Shown here in pieces: positions 36,856-45,175 of a stretch of 54,712 nucleotides of DNA. The stretch is from Minisyncoccota bacterium (GTDB lineage: Bacteria > Patescibacteriota > Minisyncoccia > 2-02-FULL-40-12 > IGHO2-12-FULL-4). Each line of letters starts with the position of its first letter. Position 1 is the stretch's first letter. Below the pieces are notes generated by a model. The model saw only the letters and a program-made list of their open reading frames with translations, ran no database searches and was not told where the DNA came from. The DNA lies in contig DATDTF010000024.1 in assembly GCA_036517795.1 (NCBI GenBank), forward strand, positions 1 through 54,712. Direction: 5' to 3'. Both the position numbers and the translations under genes were made by a program.

Positions 36856-38584
36856 CTAGGTTGATGGATTTGAAAGTTCGCACCGCGTCTTCCGGAGTTT
36901 CAACGATTGGTTCGCCTGAATCGTTGAATGATGTATTTAGTACGACCGGCACGCCGGTTATTTTTTGGAATTCTTTTATAAGTGAATAAAACTTTGGATT
37001 CTGGTCCGCATTAACCGTCTGTACGCGAGCCGTGCGGTCTATGTGGGTTATTGCCGGTATGTTGTCTTTTTTTACCTTGGCAATAAGGAGCATAAATGGA
37101 CTGGGGCAATCAAGATTAAAATACTCACTGACAAGTTCTTCAAGACAGGCTGGAGCGAAAGGACGAAATGACTCCCGGTGTTTTACTTGCATGTTTAGCC
37201 TGTCTTTCATTCCCGGAGGAACGGGGGAGCATAGAATACTTCTGTTGCCCAAGGCTCTGGGGCCATATTCGCTTTTTCCCTGAAACCAGCCGATAATTTT
37301 TTCATCTGCCAATAGTTTTGCCGCCGTCGCTTGGGGGTTATCAAGCTTTTTATAATTGCATCCCGAGTGGGACACAGCGTCAAAAATTTCTTTTTCTCCA
37401 TATTCTCTGCCGAGATAGGCGTTATCCATCCGCCATTTAATCGGGTTTTTATTTAGCTGATGGCTTGCCCACAAAGCTGCGCCGAGAGCTAAACCGGAGT
37501 CGCCGGAAGCGGGCTGGATGAAGATATTTTCAAACGGAGTGTTGTCTAAAATCTTTTTATTCGCGACACTGTTCAGGCCAACACCGCCGGCAATACATAG
37601 ATTTTTTGATTTTGTTACATTGTGCAGATGTGTCGCATATTCAATCATAACTTTTTCCAGGTAAAACTGCGCCCAGTAGGCCAGCTCTGTGTATAAGCCG
37701 TCAGGAAATTTTATTTTTTTATTTGCACGCGGATTTTCAAAGAAAATTTCGGGGGTCTTGGGGAAATGTTGAGGTTTTTCATAGGCCAAACCTTTTTTGG
37801 AAAAATAATGGACAACCGACTTCAACTGTCTCAACAAAGCTGACCTTCGTGAGATGGATGTCTTTCTGAAAAGGTACTTTAAGCCCATGTCAGGATGCGG
37901 TTCCAGACGGGAAGGAAAAATATAACGGGACTGGGCTGTTCTTTTGAGGAATTGTTCCTCGGGAATATTTGAAATAAATCCGCCCTTGCCGTAGGGTGCC
38001 AAACCCATTGTTTTACCCTCTTCGTGATTACCGAATCCCAGGAAATACGTAACTTGGGAATAAAAGTTGCCGATACCCGAAAAATTTAAAAGCCATCCGG
38101 TGAACTGGTTAACCGGAGCATAATTGCGGGTGATTTGATGTAAACCGTCATTATTACCGCGATAAAATGTTTCTGTTTCTACGCCGATTAGTCCCGTTGC
38201 CAACTTGGTTTTCTGGCCCGCGCTGTCAACCACCAGAACCGCTGCATCATCAAAGGGGGAACAAAAAAAGGCGCTGGCTGCGTGAGCGTCGTGGTGGTTA
38301 ACGAAGATAGCTTTATGGGCTATTTTGTCCCACCAGCCGTGCTGTTTAAGCAGGTCTATCAACGGCGCAGTTGTCATGGTTATTTGTTCAATGGCAACAA
38401 CATCCACATCATCTATGCTTTTTAGGCCTGCTGTAGACAGGCAGTAGTTGATTGACTCCTTTGGAAATGTTCTGGAATATTTTTTCCGGTCCAGCCGTTC
38501 TTGAGATATCGCCACCACTTTGTCATCTATCAACAAAGCGGCGCCCGTGTCGTGTTCCAAAATTTTTAGTCCAAGTATTGTCAT
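36797..38584 (-). CDS. Carbamoyltransferase (NodU/CmcH/NovN family)
   Basis: MTILGLKILEHDTGAALLIDDKVVAISQERLDRKKY N-terminus, HHDAHAASAF, and a C-terminal LNTSFN motif; 595 aa. Confidence 0.8.
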   Translation of the reverse strand: MTILGLKILEHDTGAALLIDDKVVAISQERLDRKKYSRTFPKESINYCLSTAGLKSIDDVDVVAIEQITMTTAPLIDLLKQHGWWDKIAHKAIFVNHHDAHAASAFFCSPFDDAAVLVVDSAGQKTKLATGLIGVETETFYRGNNDGLHQITRNYAPVNQFTGWLLNFSGIGNFYSQVTYFLGFGNHEEGKTMGLAPYGKGGFISNIPEEQFLKRTAQSRYIFPSRLEPHPDMGLKYLFRKTSISRRSALLRQLKSVVHYFSKKGLAYEKPQHFPKTPEIFFENPRANKKIKFPDGLYTELAYWAQFYLEKVMIEYATHLHNVTKSKNLCIAGGVGLNSVANKKILDNTPFENIFIQPASGDSGLALGAALWASHQLNKNPIKWRMDNAYLGREYGEKEIFDAVSHSGCNYKKLDNPQATAAKLLADEKIIGWFQGKSEYGPRALGNRSILCSPVPPGMKDRLNMQVKHRESFRPFAPACLEELVSEYFNLDCPSPFMLLIAKVKKDNIPAITHIDRTARVQTVNADQNPKFYSLIKEFQKITGVPVVLNTSFNDSGEPIVETPEDAVRTFKSINLDALIVGDYLLLPQNGKINL

Positions 38585-38588
38585 GGTG

Positions 38589-39302
38589 TTATGCTAATTT
38601 GCACCAGATAAAATAATAATTTCTGGGTTTGGTCGGCCATATTCTTCTTTTTACAGCCCTGTAAATTCTGAACGGATCAGACACTTTTCGGATAAAACTG
38701 AAAACAGTTTTTGGTTCTGCGGTCGCGACCGGTGGTTTAAAACTGAAAACTTCCACAACTCTCAATCCGTTCTTCTCTATCATTTCTTTAAAATCATTTA
38801 TGTTGGTTGACTCCGAATGTTCCTGCAGCAGTATTGAACCGTCCGGTTTTAAAAACTTATGAATATCCTGATAAAATTTTCTGTGGATATTAAAGTTGGG
38901 ATCAAACAGGATGATGTCTTTTTTGTATTCATCTTCGGTCGCGCAAAAAACGTGGGGCGGATTGCCGACGACCAAATCCCATTTTTCTGTTTCCGGAACG
39001 TTGTCCAGGCAGTCGGACAAGTGGGCGGTGACTGTTTTTTCCAGATTATTTTTTTTGATAGTTTTATTGCAGGCCTCAACTGCTTCAGGATTAACATCGG
39101 CTAGGGTTAATTTGTCGCAAAGGTTATTAGCCAGCAATGAAAACCCGATAAATCCTGGTCCGGCGCAGAATTCAAATATGTGGCCGACGTGTCCGAACTT
39201 TTCTTTCACAACAGAAACATACTGTTGCCCGAATCGCATTCCTCCGCCGTGTAGGCTCTTTTTGTATGCGACTTCTATGTTGTTGTATCGGATGTGTTTC
39301 AT
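38589..39302 (-). CDS. SAM-dependent methyltransferase with a (D/N)PP(Y/F/H)-type motif (amino-group methylase class)
   Basis: Motif I FEFCAGPGFIG; motif IV VVGNPPHVF. Confidence 0.65.
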   Translation of the reverse strand: MKHIRYNNIEVAYKKSLHGGGMRFGQQYVSVVKEKFGHVGHIFEFCAGPGFIGFSLLANNLCDKLTLADVNPEAVEACNKTIKKNNLEKTVTAHLSDCLDNVPETEKWDLVVGNPPHVFCATEDEYKKDIILFDPNFNIHRKFYQDIHKFLKPDGSILLQEHSESTNINDFKEMIEKNGLRVVEVFSFKPPVATAEPKTVFSFIRKVSDPFRIYRAVKRRIWPTKPRNYYFIWCKLA

Positions 39303-39346
39303 AAATTAAAAATTTTAGTTTAAACTTTACATTTTCTATTCTAAAC

Positions 39347-40231
39347 TTATAATTTTATTTCTTCAAAATTTACCATAGGAAAAACATCCAAAAAACTATC
39401 GGGGGTGGCATTGAATATTTTTAGGTCGGGATGGGTTTTGAATGCCTTGGCGTAAAACAACCGGTAATTGCGAAATAATTGCAGTATGTTGGCTATCGTC
39501 ATTTCATAATTAAGTTTTAAATCCTTCGGATCAACATATTTTTTTAGAACTTCGTCGTTTGTACTGTCAAGTTTAGCAATTTCGTCCTCATAGCTGTGGC
39601 TGAATGTTAACGATTTACCATAGCCCATGTTGTGTGATAGAAAGTTGTGCTCACAGCCGAGGAGGTATATTTCGTTGAAACCCATCCATGCTGCAGCCAT
39701 CATGCACATCAAAACCGAATTTTTGGGGTAGGGAACATAGCGGTCAATATCTATGTTGAATGGCAGGTTCTCGGTAAAGATTCCCTGTGTGCCCACATAA
39801 TAAACACGGTGCTGTTTAAACAGGTTATATTTCTCCACAAACGACTTTGCCGCTAGGTTAATAATCACGGTTGTGTCTGTTGATATCTTTCCGTCTTTTT
39901 CTCGTAGACTGCGGGGCCAGTATTCCGTTAAGTCCTCGGTAAAATAAACCGAGTCTGTGATGATGTGGAATTTCGGCCTTAACTTTTTTGCTTGCGTATT
40001 TTTTTCAAATTCAGCCATCACAAAAGTATATTCATTGCTAAGCTTTTCTAAATCAAGGTTACTGACAGACGGACCGTTGCCGATAATAAAGCATCTTTTG
40101 CCGGAATGTATATTCTTAATTTCTAAATTTTTTTTAAGAATATTTCCGTCCCGATAGTTATATAAGCGGGGGGCAAAAAAGTTTCTGTAAAGATAGCTGT
40201 TAATAGATTTTAGTTTGTTTAGAACTTTCAT
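39347..40231 (-). CDS. DUF115 (MptE/Maf-like) protein, candidate nonulosonic-acid transferase
   Basis: CFIIGNGPSVSNLDLEKL ... KFHIITDS ... NSVLMCMMAAAWMGFNEIYLLGCEHNF matches the DUF115 layout. It also resembles my recollection of the GT42 (CstII) VIIAGNGPSL ... GVYMCAVAIALGYKEIYLSGIDFY. Confidence 0.55.
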   Translation of the reverse strand: MKVLNKLKSINSYLYRNFFAPRLYNYRDGNILKKNLEIKNIHSGKRCFIIGNGPSVSNLDLEKLSNEYTFVMAEFEKNTQAKKLRPKFHIITDSVYFTEDLTEYWPRSLREKDGKISTDTTVIINLAAKSFVEKYNLFKQHRVYYVGTQGIFTENLPFNIDIDRYVPYPKNSVLMCMMAAAWMGFNEIYLLGCEHNFLSHNMGYGKSLTFSHSYEDEIAKLDSTNDEVLKKYVDPKDLKLNYEMTIANILQLFRNYRLFYAKAFKTHPDLKIFNATPDSFLDVFPMVNFEEIKL

Positions 40232-40233
40232 TT

Positions 40234-41160
40234 TTAGTTTCTTATTTTTAAATAGGTTCCAAGGTGTTTGACCTGTTCTTCTGTGGTTAGCAGTTGTTTC
40301 TGGTTGTTTAAAAATGCTTTGACCTGTTTGAAGAGACCGGGTTTAAAATTTGTATCCAGCTCATCTTCCAGGGGGTAGTCTTCTACCACCATACTTCCAT
40401 ATTTTTGTATCTGAAGCTTTTCTAACGGCCGGAACATAAGTTTTGTTTTAGAGGTTATTATCTCTATGCCCCATTTGCCGGCCGACTCCCAATTGGCGTG
40501 ATATGAAAACAAAGCTCCTGTTTCTGATATACCGGCTCCGGAAAACACTGACCCGCCAGGATGCCATTTTAACCCACTCTTTTTATAGGTTGAAAGTTTT
40601 TTTGGCCATCCACCCATAAAAAATGCCATATCAATAACGTGTGAGGAGTTTTGAATAAACCACTCCCGTTTTATCCTGTCTGATTGGGCGAGTTTTTCCA
40701 CTATATAACTCCTTTCGGTAAAATCAAAATAAAAAGATTTAACCCCGCCGTCTTTTTTTATTAAATTCAAAGCGGCCAGAGTAGAGGCGTAAAATCTTCT
40801 GTTGTAGCCAACGGATACTTTTGCTTTTTTGTTTTTTGCTAACTGGGCTACTTTTTTTATATCATCCGTATTCAATCCCCCCGGCTTTTCAACCAATATA
40901 TTTTTACAGCCAGAATTTAGCAACTCTGCAGTGGCTGTTCCAAGCTGGTCTTCGGTTACAGCAATGATGGCTTTGTCGGTAACTTCGTTTTTTTTGAGCC
41001 AACTGCTCAAACCGCCGCTTTCCGCTTTTACACCAATTTCAGCCGTGAAAGTATCAGACGAAACTTGAGATCTGCCGACAACAACAAACGGCAATTTCAT
41101 TGCTTTCAAAACCTTGGCGTATTCTTTGGCCATGTATCCTGCTCCGACAAGTAAAATCAT
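40234..41160 (-). CDS. Gfo/Idh/MocA-family NAD(P) oxidoreductase
   Basis: MILLVGAGYMAKEY Rossmann N-terminus, ILVEKP motif. Confidence 0.7.
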   Translation of the reverse strand: MILLVGAGYMAKEYAKVLKAMKLPFVVVGRSQVSSDTFTAEIGVKAESGGLSSWLKKNEVTDKAIIAVTEDQLGTATAELLNSGCKNILVEKPGGLNTDDIKKVAQLAKNKKAKVSVGYNRRFYASTLAALNLIKKDGGVKSFYFDFTERSYIVEKLAQSDRIKREWFIQNSSHVIDMAFFMGGWPKKLSTYKKSGLKWHPGGSVFSGAGISETGALFSYHANWESAGKWGIEIITSKTKLMFRPLEKLQIQKYGSMVVEDYPLEDELDTNFKPGLFKQVKAFLNNQKQLLTTEEQVKHLGTYLKIRN

Positions 41161-42110
41161 GTGAATGGGTAATGCTTTAATTTAAAATATTTTCTTATGG
41201 GTTCAAATGTCTGAAGATGAAGTCTCGCGGACTCTTTGTAGGTCGGTAAAGAGATTTTGCCGCTATCAAGCAAATTCTCTACAACTGTCGTGGTTAGACG
41301 GCTTTGGTAGGGGAGGTTAAGTTTAACTTCTTCTGTTTTCCAGTCAGGCGCCTTAAAAAGGAGAGCCTTGTTTTGGTTTTCAAATATAGTATATCTTTTT
41401 TCTTCATCAAAAATTTCTAAAATCTTGGGGCTTTGACCACTACTGTCGCATCTGACTATCAGCTGGCTGCCATTTTTGAAGAAGACAGACAGGGAGCCGG
41501 TTGTTTCCAGATAGCCGTTGCGTTTGCTGTTCTTAAGTTTTTTATCAAGCAATCGGGTATCAACATCAAAATCGGTTGAACCGGTCAGAAAAGAAACAAA
41601 GTCAACGTGGTGGATTAAGTCCGTAGCCATTCCCGACTCGTTGCCGTACAGGACGTAGGTAATATTTTTTCCGTCAAACTCTTTCTTTAAATCGGCGTAA
41701 AAAGGCATCATTCTCATTGGACAGTTGACCCATGTTCTGACTTTTTTTATCTCCAGAAGCCGGTCTATTTGAGAGTAATCACTTTTTTTCTGAAAAAGTA
41801 TTTTTTCCAGAATCAGAGACTTAACCTCATTGGTCTTTAATAGTTCTTTGGTGATAGCCGCCCGGGGCCCAGACGAGGTCGCAATTATTGCAACTTCAAA
41901 AGTTAAGTCCCTGGGCATCTTGTTTGAGTATTTCAAAACATGGTTTCCGCCAACCGTGTCCATGGAGTTGTACCTTTCTTTGGCTGTGTTGAGAGAGTCT
42001 GTGGAGTTGTCTACAACCAAGACGTCCAGCGACTCCTTAACGGCTTTTAGGGCTTGAAGGTGTCTGGATCCGATTTGGCCTGCGCCAATAATGCAAACTT
42101 TTTTTGTCAT
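41157..42110 (-). CDS. Gfo/Idh/MocA-family NAD(P) oxidoreductase
   Basis: VCIIGAGQIGSRHLQAL, ILEKI motif; ATGA overlap with the downstream gene. Confidence 0.7.
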   Translation of the reverse strand: MTKKVCIIGAGQIGSRHLQALKAVKESLDVLVVDNSTDSLNTAKERYNSMDTVGGNHVLKYSNKMPRDLTFEVAIIATSSGPRAAITKELLKTNEVKSLILEKILFQKKSDYSQIDRLLEIKKVRTWVNCPMRMMPFYADLKKEFDGKNITYVLYGNESGMATDLIHHVDFVSFLTGSTDFDVDTRLLDKKLKNSKRNGYLETTGSLSVFFKNGSQLIVRCDSSGQSPKILEIFDEEKRYTIFENQNKALLFKAPDWKTEEVKLNLPYQSRLTTTVVENLLDSGKISLPTYKESARLHLQTFEPIRKYFKLKHYPFT

Positions 42111-42112
42111 AT

Positions 42113-42823
42113 TTAGATTGTTATCTTTCTTTTATTGATTAACTCTCGAACCCGTTCCAGGTCCGCCACAGTGTCAAGGTCAATATTTGAGTCGCTGTCC
42201 ACGTGATATGGAATGGTTTTTGTGGAATAAAGGCGCTCGTCCTTTAAGAAAGTTTTCCTGTCTATGATATAAATTGATCCGCTAGATAAATAAATTTCTG
42301 GTAGAGACTGGCGATTTGCAAAAGGGTATCGGTTGTTGACAGTACCAACTAAGTAGCCCTGCCCGGTTAATTTAAAAGATTTAAGAAGTTTTTTGTCCAG
42401 TTTATATACGCTGATAAGAGCCGTGGCCTTACTGTTCAAAAATTTTTCCAAGGCCCCGTCAATGTCACTTACGGTTCTTAGTGGTGAGGTTGGTTCAAGG
42501 TATATGATAATGTCAGGGGTGTATTTTTTTGTGGACAGTATTTTTAAAGCGTGAGTGAGAGATGGTTCAGGAGATACATTGTCAGTAGCTAGTTCCTTGG
42601 GTCTTTTAATCGTTTCAGCGCCATATAGCTTGGCGGCGGCTAAAATTTTTTTGTCTTGGGAAGACACAACGATTTTGTCAATATATTTTGATTTCTTAGC
42701 CTCATCAATCGTCCAGGCTATAAGCGGTTTTCCATTAAGATCAACAATGTTTTTGTTGGGTATGCCTTTTGATCCGCCACGGGCAGGAATGAAGGCTAAA
42801 ATTTTTTTGGGTTTTATGCTCAT
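42113..42823 (-). CDS. Acylneuraminate (CMP-nonulosonate) cytidylyltransferase, paralog 1
   Basis: AFIPARGGSKGIPNKNI and LEPTSPLR signatures of the CMP-NeuAc/CMP-Kdo synthetase family. Confidence 0.8.
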   Translation of the reverse strand: MSIKPKKILAFIPARGGSKGIPNKNIVDLNGKPLIAWTIDEAKKSKYIDKIVVSSQDKKILAAAKLYGAETIKRPKELATDNVSPEPSLTHALKILSTKKYTPDIIIYLEPTSPLRTVSDIDGALEKFLNSKATALISVYKLDKKLLKSFKLTGQGYLVGTVNNRYPFANRQSLPEIYLSSGSIYIIDRKTFLKDERLYSTKTIPYHVDSDSNIDLDTVADLERVRELINKRKITI

Positions 42824-42845
42824 AAGATAGTAAACCTTCCCTAAA

Positions 42846-42873
42846 ATTTTACATGTTTTTTGAAATATATCAA
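42846..42873 (-). promoter_or_regulatory. Promoter for the 42823-34756 operon (TTGATA-N16-TAAAAT)
   Basis: Minus-strand TTGATA = 42873-42868; TAAAAT = 42851-42846; GGAAGG lies downstream. Confidence 0.5.
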
Positions 42874-42875
42874 TA

Positions 42876-42904
42876 TTGACTCTTGGTGTTATTAATGTTA
42901 TATA
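42876..42904 (+). promoter_or_regulatory. Promoter for the 42939 gene (TTGACT-N17-TATATA)
   Basis: Its -35 overlaps the divergent promoter's -35 through the palindrome TCAATATTGA (42870-42879). Confidence 0.5.
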
Positions 42905-42938
42905 ACTGACTATTCTTTGAAAATGAAAGGTTGGGTAT

Positions 42939-44000
42939 ATGATTCTTGCAACTTGCAGAAATCTAGGTGGATTGAATCAAGTTCTTCCAGCTACTAAAGA
43001 GTTAAGGAGGCGAGGCTATGGAGTTGTTATTGCTACTAATGGAAGAGTTGTCGCAGAATCCCTTTCTGCCCAAATGGAACCATTTATCTTTGCCGATTCT
43101 CCTTTATTTATACTGGATGCTGTCCGTAACGTTAACTTGTTTTTTACCAGTACGTGTTTTGGGGGAATCGGTAGAAAGTTAATCACCGATGCTTCTCTAG
43201 GTTGTCCGAAGATCGTCTTGCAGGATTTCTGGGGAGCGGGAGTTTTTACAGATTGGAGAGAAGTCCGATATAGGCCTGATTACATATGCGTGAACGATCA
43301 GGTTGATTCCGAGATTACCCAAAAGGCGTGGCCCGAATTTGATAAAAGCAAGATAAAGGTTACCGGTTATTCAGCGTTTGATAAATATATCTTGGTTGAT
43401 GTGAAATCTCAACAGGAACTGGTTTTTTCAAAGCTGGGCTTAGACTCGCGCAAGAAAATGGTTCTGTTTGCGGGTCATGCTTATGGAACTGTTGGCGCAC
43501 TCTTTGAATTGGTCAAAGTTTTAAATGACGTCCAAGCTGGTATTTATCTGGTTGTCAGATTTCATCCAAGGATGACAGAACATGAAGGCGGGGATAAAGA
43601 AAAGTTAGATTGTCTGGACATCCTTACTGATTTTAGGGGAGGGGATTTGGTCAAGGATACGACAATGTTTGATAGTCCTACAGTTCTGAGTGCGGCTGAT
43701 GTGGTTATTAGTATGTATAGTACAATGCTTGTTGAGGCGGCGGTTTTGCGGAAGCCAAATATTTCTATCTTGTACCCGGACAAAGGTATGCGGCAATTTT
43801 TCTCCGAGTGTCCCGGATTAGATGAGTCTCCTTTGGTTTCTTTGGGCTGTAGCCTAAAAGCAACAAATCGGGAGGAGTTGGAGTTGGCTGTAAGGGACGC
43901 TCTAAAAAGAAATTCTCTGTTAAGAATACAGGAAAACAGTTTTAAACTAGACGGTATGAATACCAATCGGATTGTAAACTTTTTAGAGAGCTTAATATAA
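42939..44000 (+). CDS. Hypothetical GT-B-fold-like protein (MurG/LpxB/2-epimerase-like C-terminal motif), family unassigned
   Basis: 353 aa. C-terminal SAADVVISMYSTMLVEAAVLRKPNISILY resembles the donor-binding helix region of GT-B enzymes. It is a single-gene unit with its own promoter and terminator. Confidence 0.35.
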   Translation: MILATCRNLGGLNQVLPATKELRRRGYGVVIATNGRVVAESLSAQMEPFIFADSPLFILDAVRNVNLFFTSTCFGGIGRKLITDASLGCPKIVLQDFWGAGVFTDWREVRYRPDYICVNDQVDSEITQKAWPEFDKSKIKVTGYSAFDKYILVDVKSQQELVFSKLGLDSRKKMVLFAGHAYGTVGALFELVKVLNDVQAGIYLVVRFHPRMTEHEGGDKEKLDCLDILTDFRGGDLVKDTTMFDSPTVLSAADVVISMYSTMLVEAAVLRKPNISILYPDKGMRQFFSECPGLDESPLVSLGCSLKATNREELELAVRDALKRNSLLRIQENSFKLDGMNTNRIVNFLESLI

Positions 44001-44013
44001 GCTCTCTTTTTTT
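43985..44013 (+). terminator. Intrinsic terminator of the 42939 gene
   Basis: AGAGAGCTTA-ata-TAAGCTCTCT: perfect 10-bp stem containing the TAA stop, followed by TTTTTTT. Confidence 0.8.
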
Positions 44014-45175
44014 AAATGAGCTTTATGTCCCGAAACTGTTTTTGGACTATTCCTCCCCAGACTTTATTTTGGGTCAAAATCTTTAAAAAGTTTTTTTGGC
44101 TTTTTCCATAGCCAAACATTTTTACCGGTTTAAAACGATTTGTCGTTGATAAACTTTTTGCTAACTCCAAGATTTTTGTTTTGCTAAAGTTACAATTAAA
44201 TATACTTTCTACTCCGGTAATTCTTTTGTACTGCCTTGTCCCCAAGTTGATTGTCGGGACTCCATAGTAAGGAGCTTCTCTTATGCCGGCGCTTGAGTTA
44301 CCGATTATGAAACTCGCATTTTTTAACAGGGTAAGAAAGTGTTCAAAGCGAATTGACGGAAATATCTTAAATTTTGAGTTATTTGTCAGCTTTTTTGCAT
44401 AAACACTTCTTATCGTGTCAGTACCGGGATCATTGCTGGGATGAATTACTATATAGTTAAGATTAGATTCAAGCAGGGCCTGTACCAAGGTGTCAGTTTG
44501 ACTATTAAGAGTATCAAGTTCGGTTGTGACTGCGTGATGTGCCAAGATAGAGTATTTATTGTAAGAAATCCCATACCGTTTTTTTGTCTCTTTTAAGGTG
44601 GGCAGATTTTTTGAGAGCATTATATCAATATCTGGAGAGCCGATTGTAAATATGCTCTTGGGATATTCGCCCATTTGTATCAACCTTTTGCGCGCTTCTC
44701 CATTGGCTACAAAATGCAAGTGCGACACCTTGCTTATCGCGTGGCGTATATGTTCGTCTATGGTGCCGGATATTTCCCCGCCTTCAATGTGGGCTACGGT
44801 AATATTTTGAAAACTACCCGCTAAAGCCCCGGCAAGGGCTTCCACCCTGTCACCATGAACAATAATCAGGTCGGGTTTGAATTCCTTAACATAGTTGCCG
44901 AACCCAATGAGCGTGCTTGCCATTACGGACTCCATTGAGGAATTGCCGGAGTGATTAATGTATTTATAAATGTTGGGGAACCCTTCTTTTTCTATTTCAT
45001 CTACCGTGTAACCATATTTAGATAACATGTGCATTCCTGTGGCAAAAACATGAACGTCAAATTTGTGGTTTTTTGACAGCCCTCTTATGAGTGATTTTAT
45101 TTTACCGAAATCCGCCCGTGTGCCGGTCAGAAAAACAACCCTTTTTTTCTTTGTATCTTTTATATATTTTTCCAT
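44012..45175 (-). CDS. neuC: UDP-N-acetylglucosamine 2-epimerase, hydrolysing (NeuC/LegG type)
   Basis: VVFLTGTRADFGKIKSLI, IVHGDRVEALAGA and HIEGGE motifs. Confidence 0.85.
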   Translation of the reverse strand: MEKYIKDTKKKRVVFLTGTRADFGKIKSLIRGLSKNHKFDVHVFATGMHMLSKYGYTVDEIEKEGFPNIYKYINHSGNSSMESVMASTLIGFGNYVKEFKPDLIIVHGDRVEALAGALAGSFQNITVAHIEGGEISGTIDEHIRHAISKVSHLHFVANGEARKRLIQMGEYPKSIFTIGSPDIDIMLSKNLPTLKETKKRYGISYNKYSILAHHAVTTELDTLNSQTDTLVQALLESNLNYIVIHPSNDPGTDTIRSVYAKKLTNNSKFKIFPSIRFEHFLTLLKNASFIIGNSSAGIREAPYYGVPTINLGTRQYKRITGVESIFNCNFSKTKILELAKSLSTTNRFKPVKMFGYGKSQKNFLKILTQNKVWGGIVQKQFRDIKLI

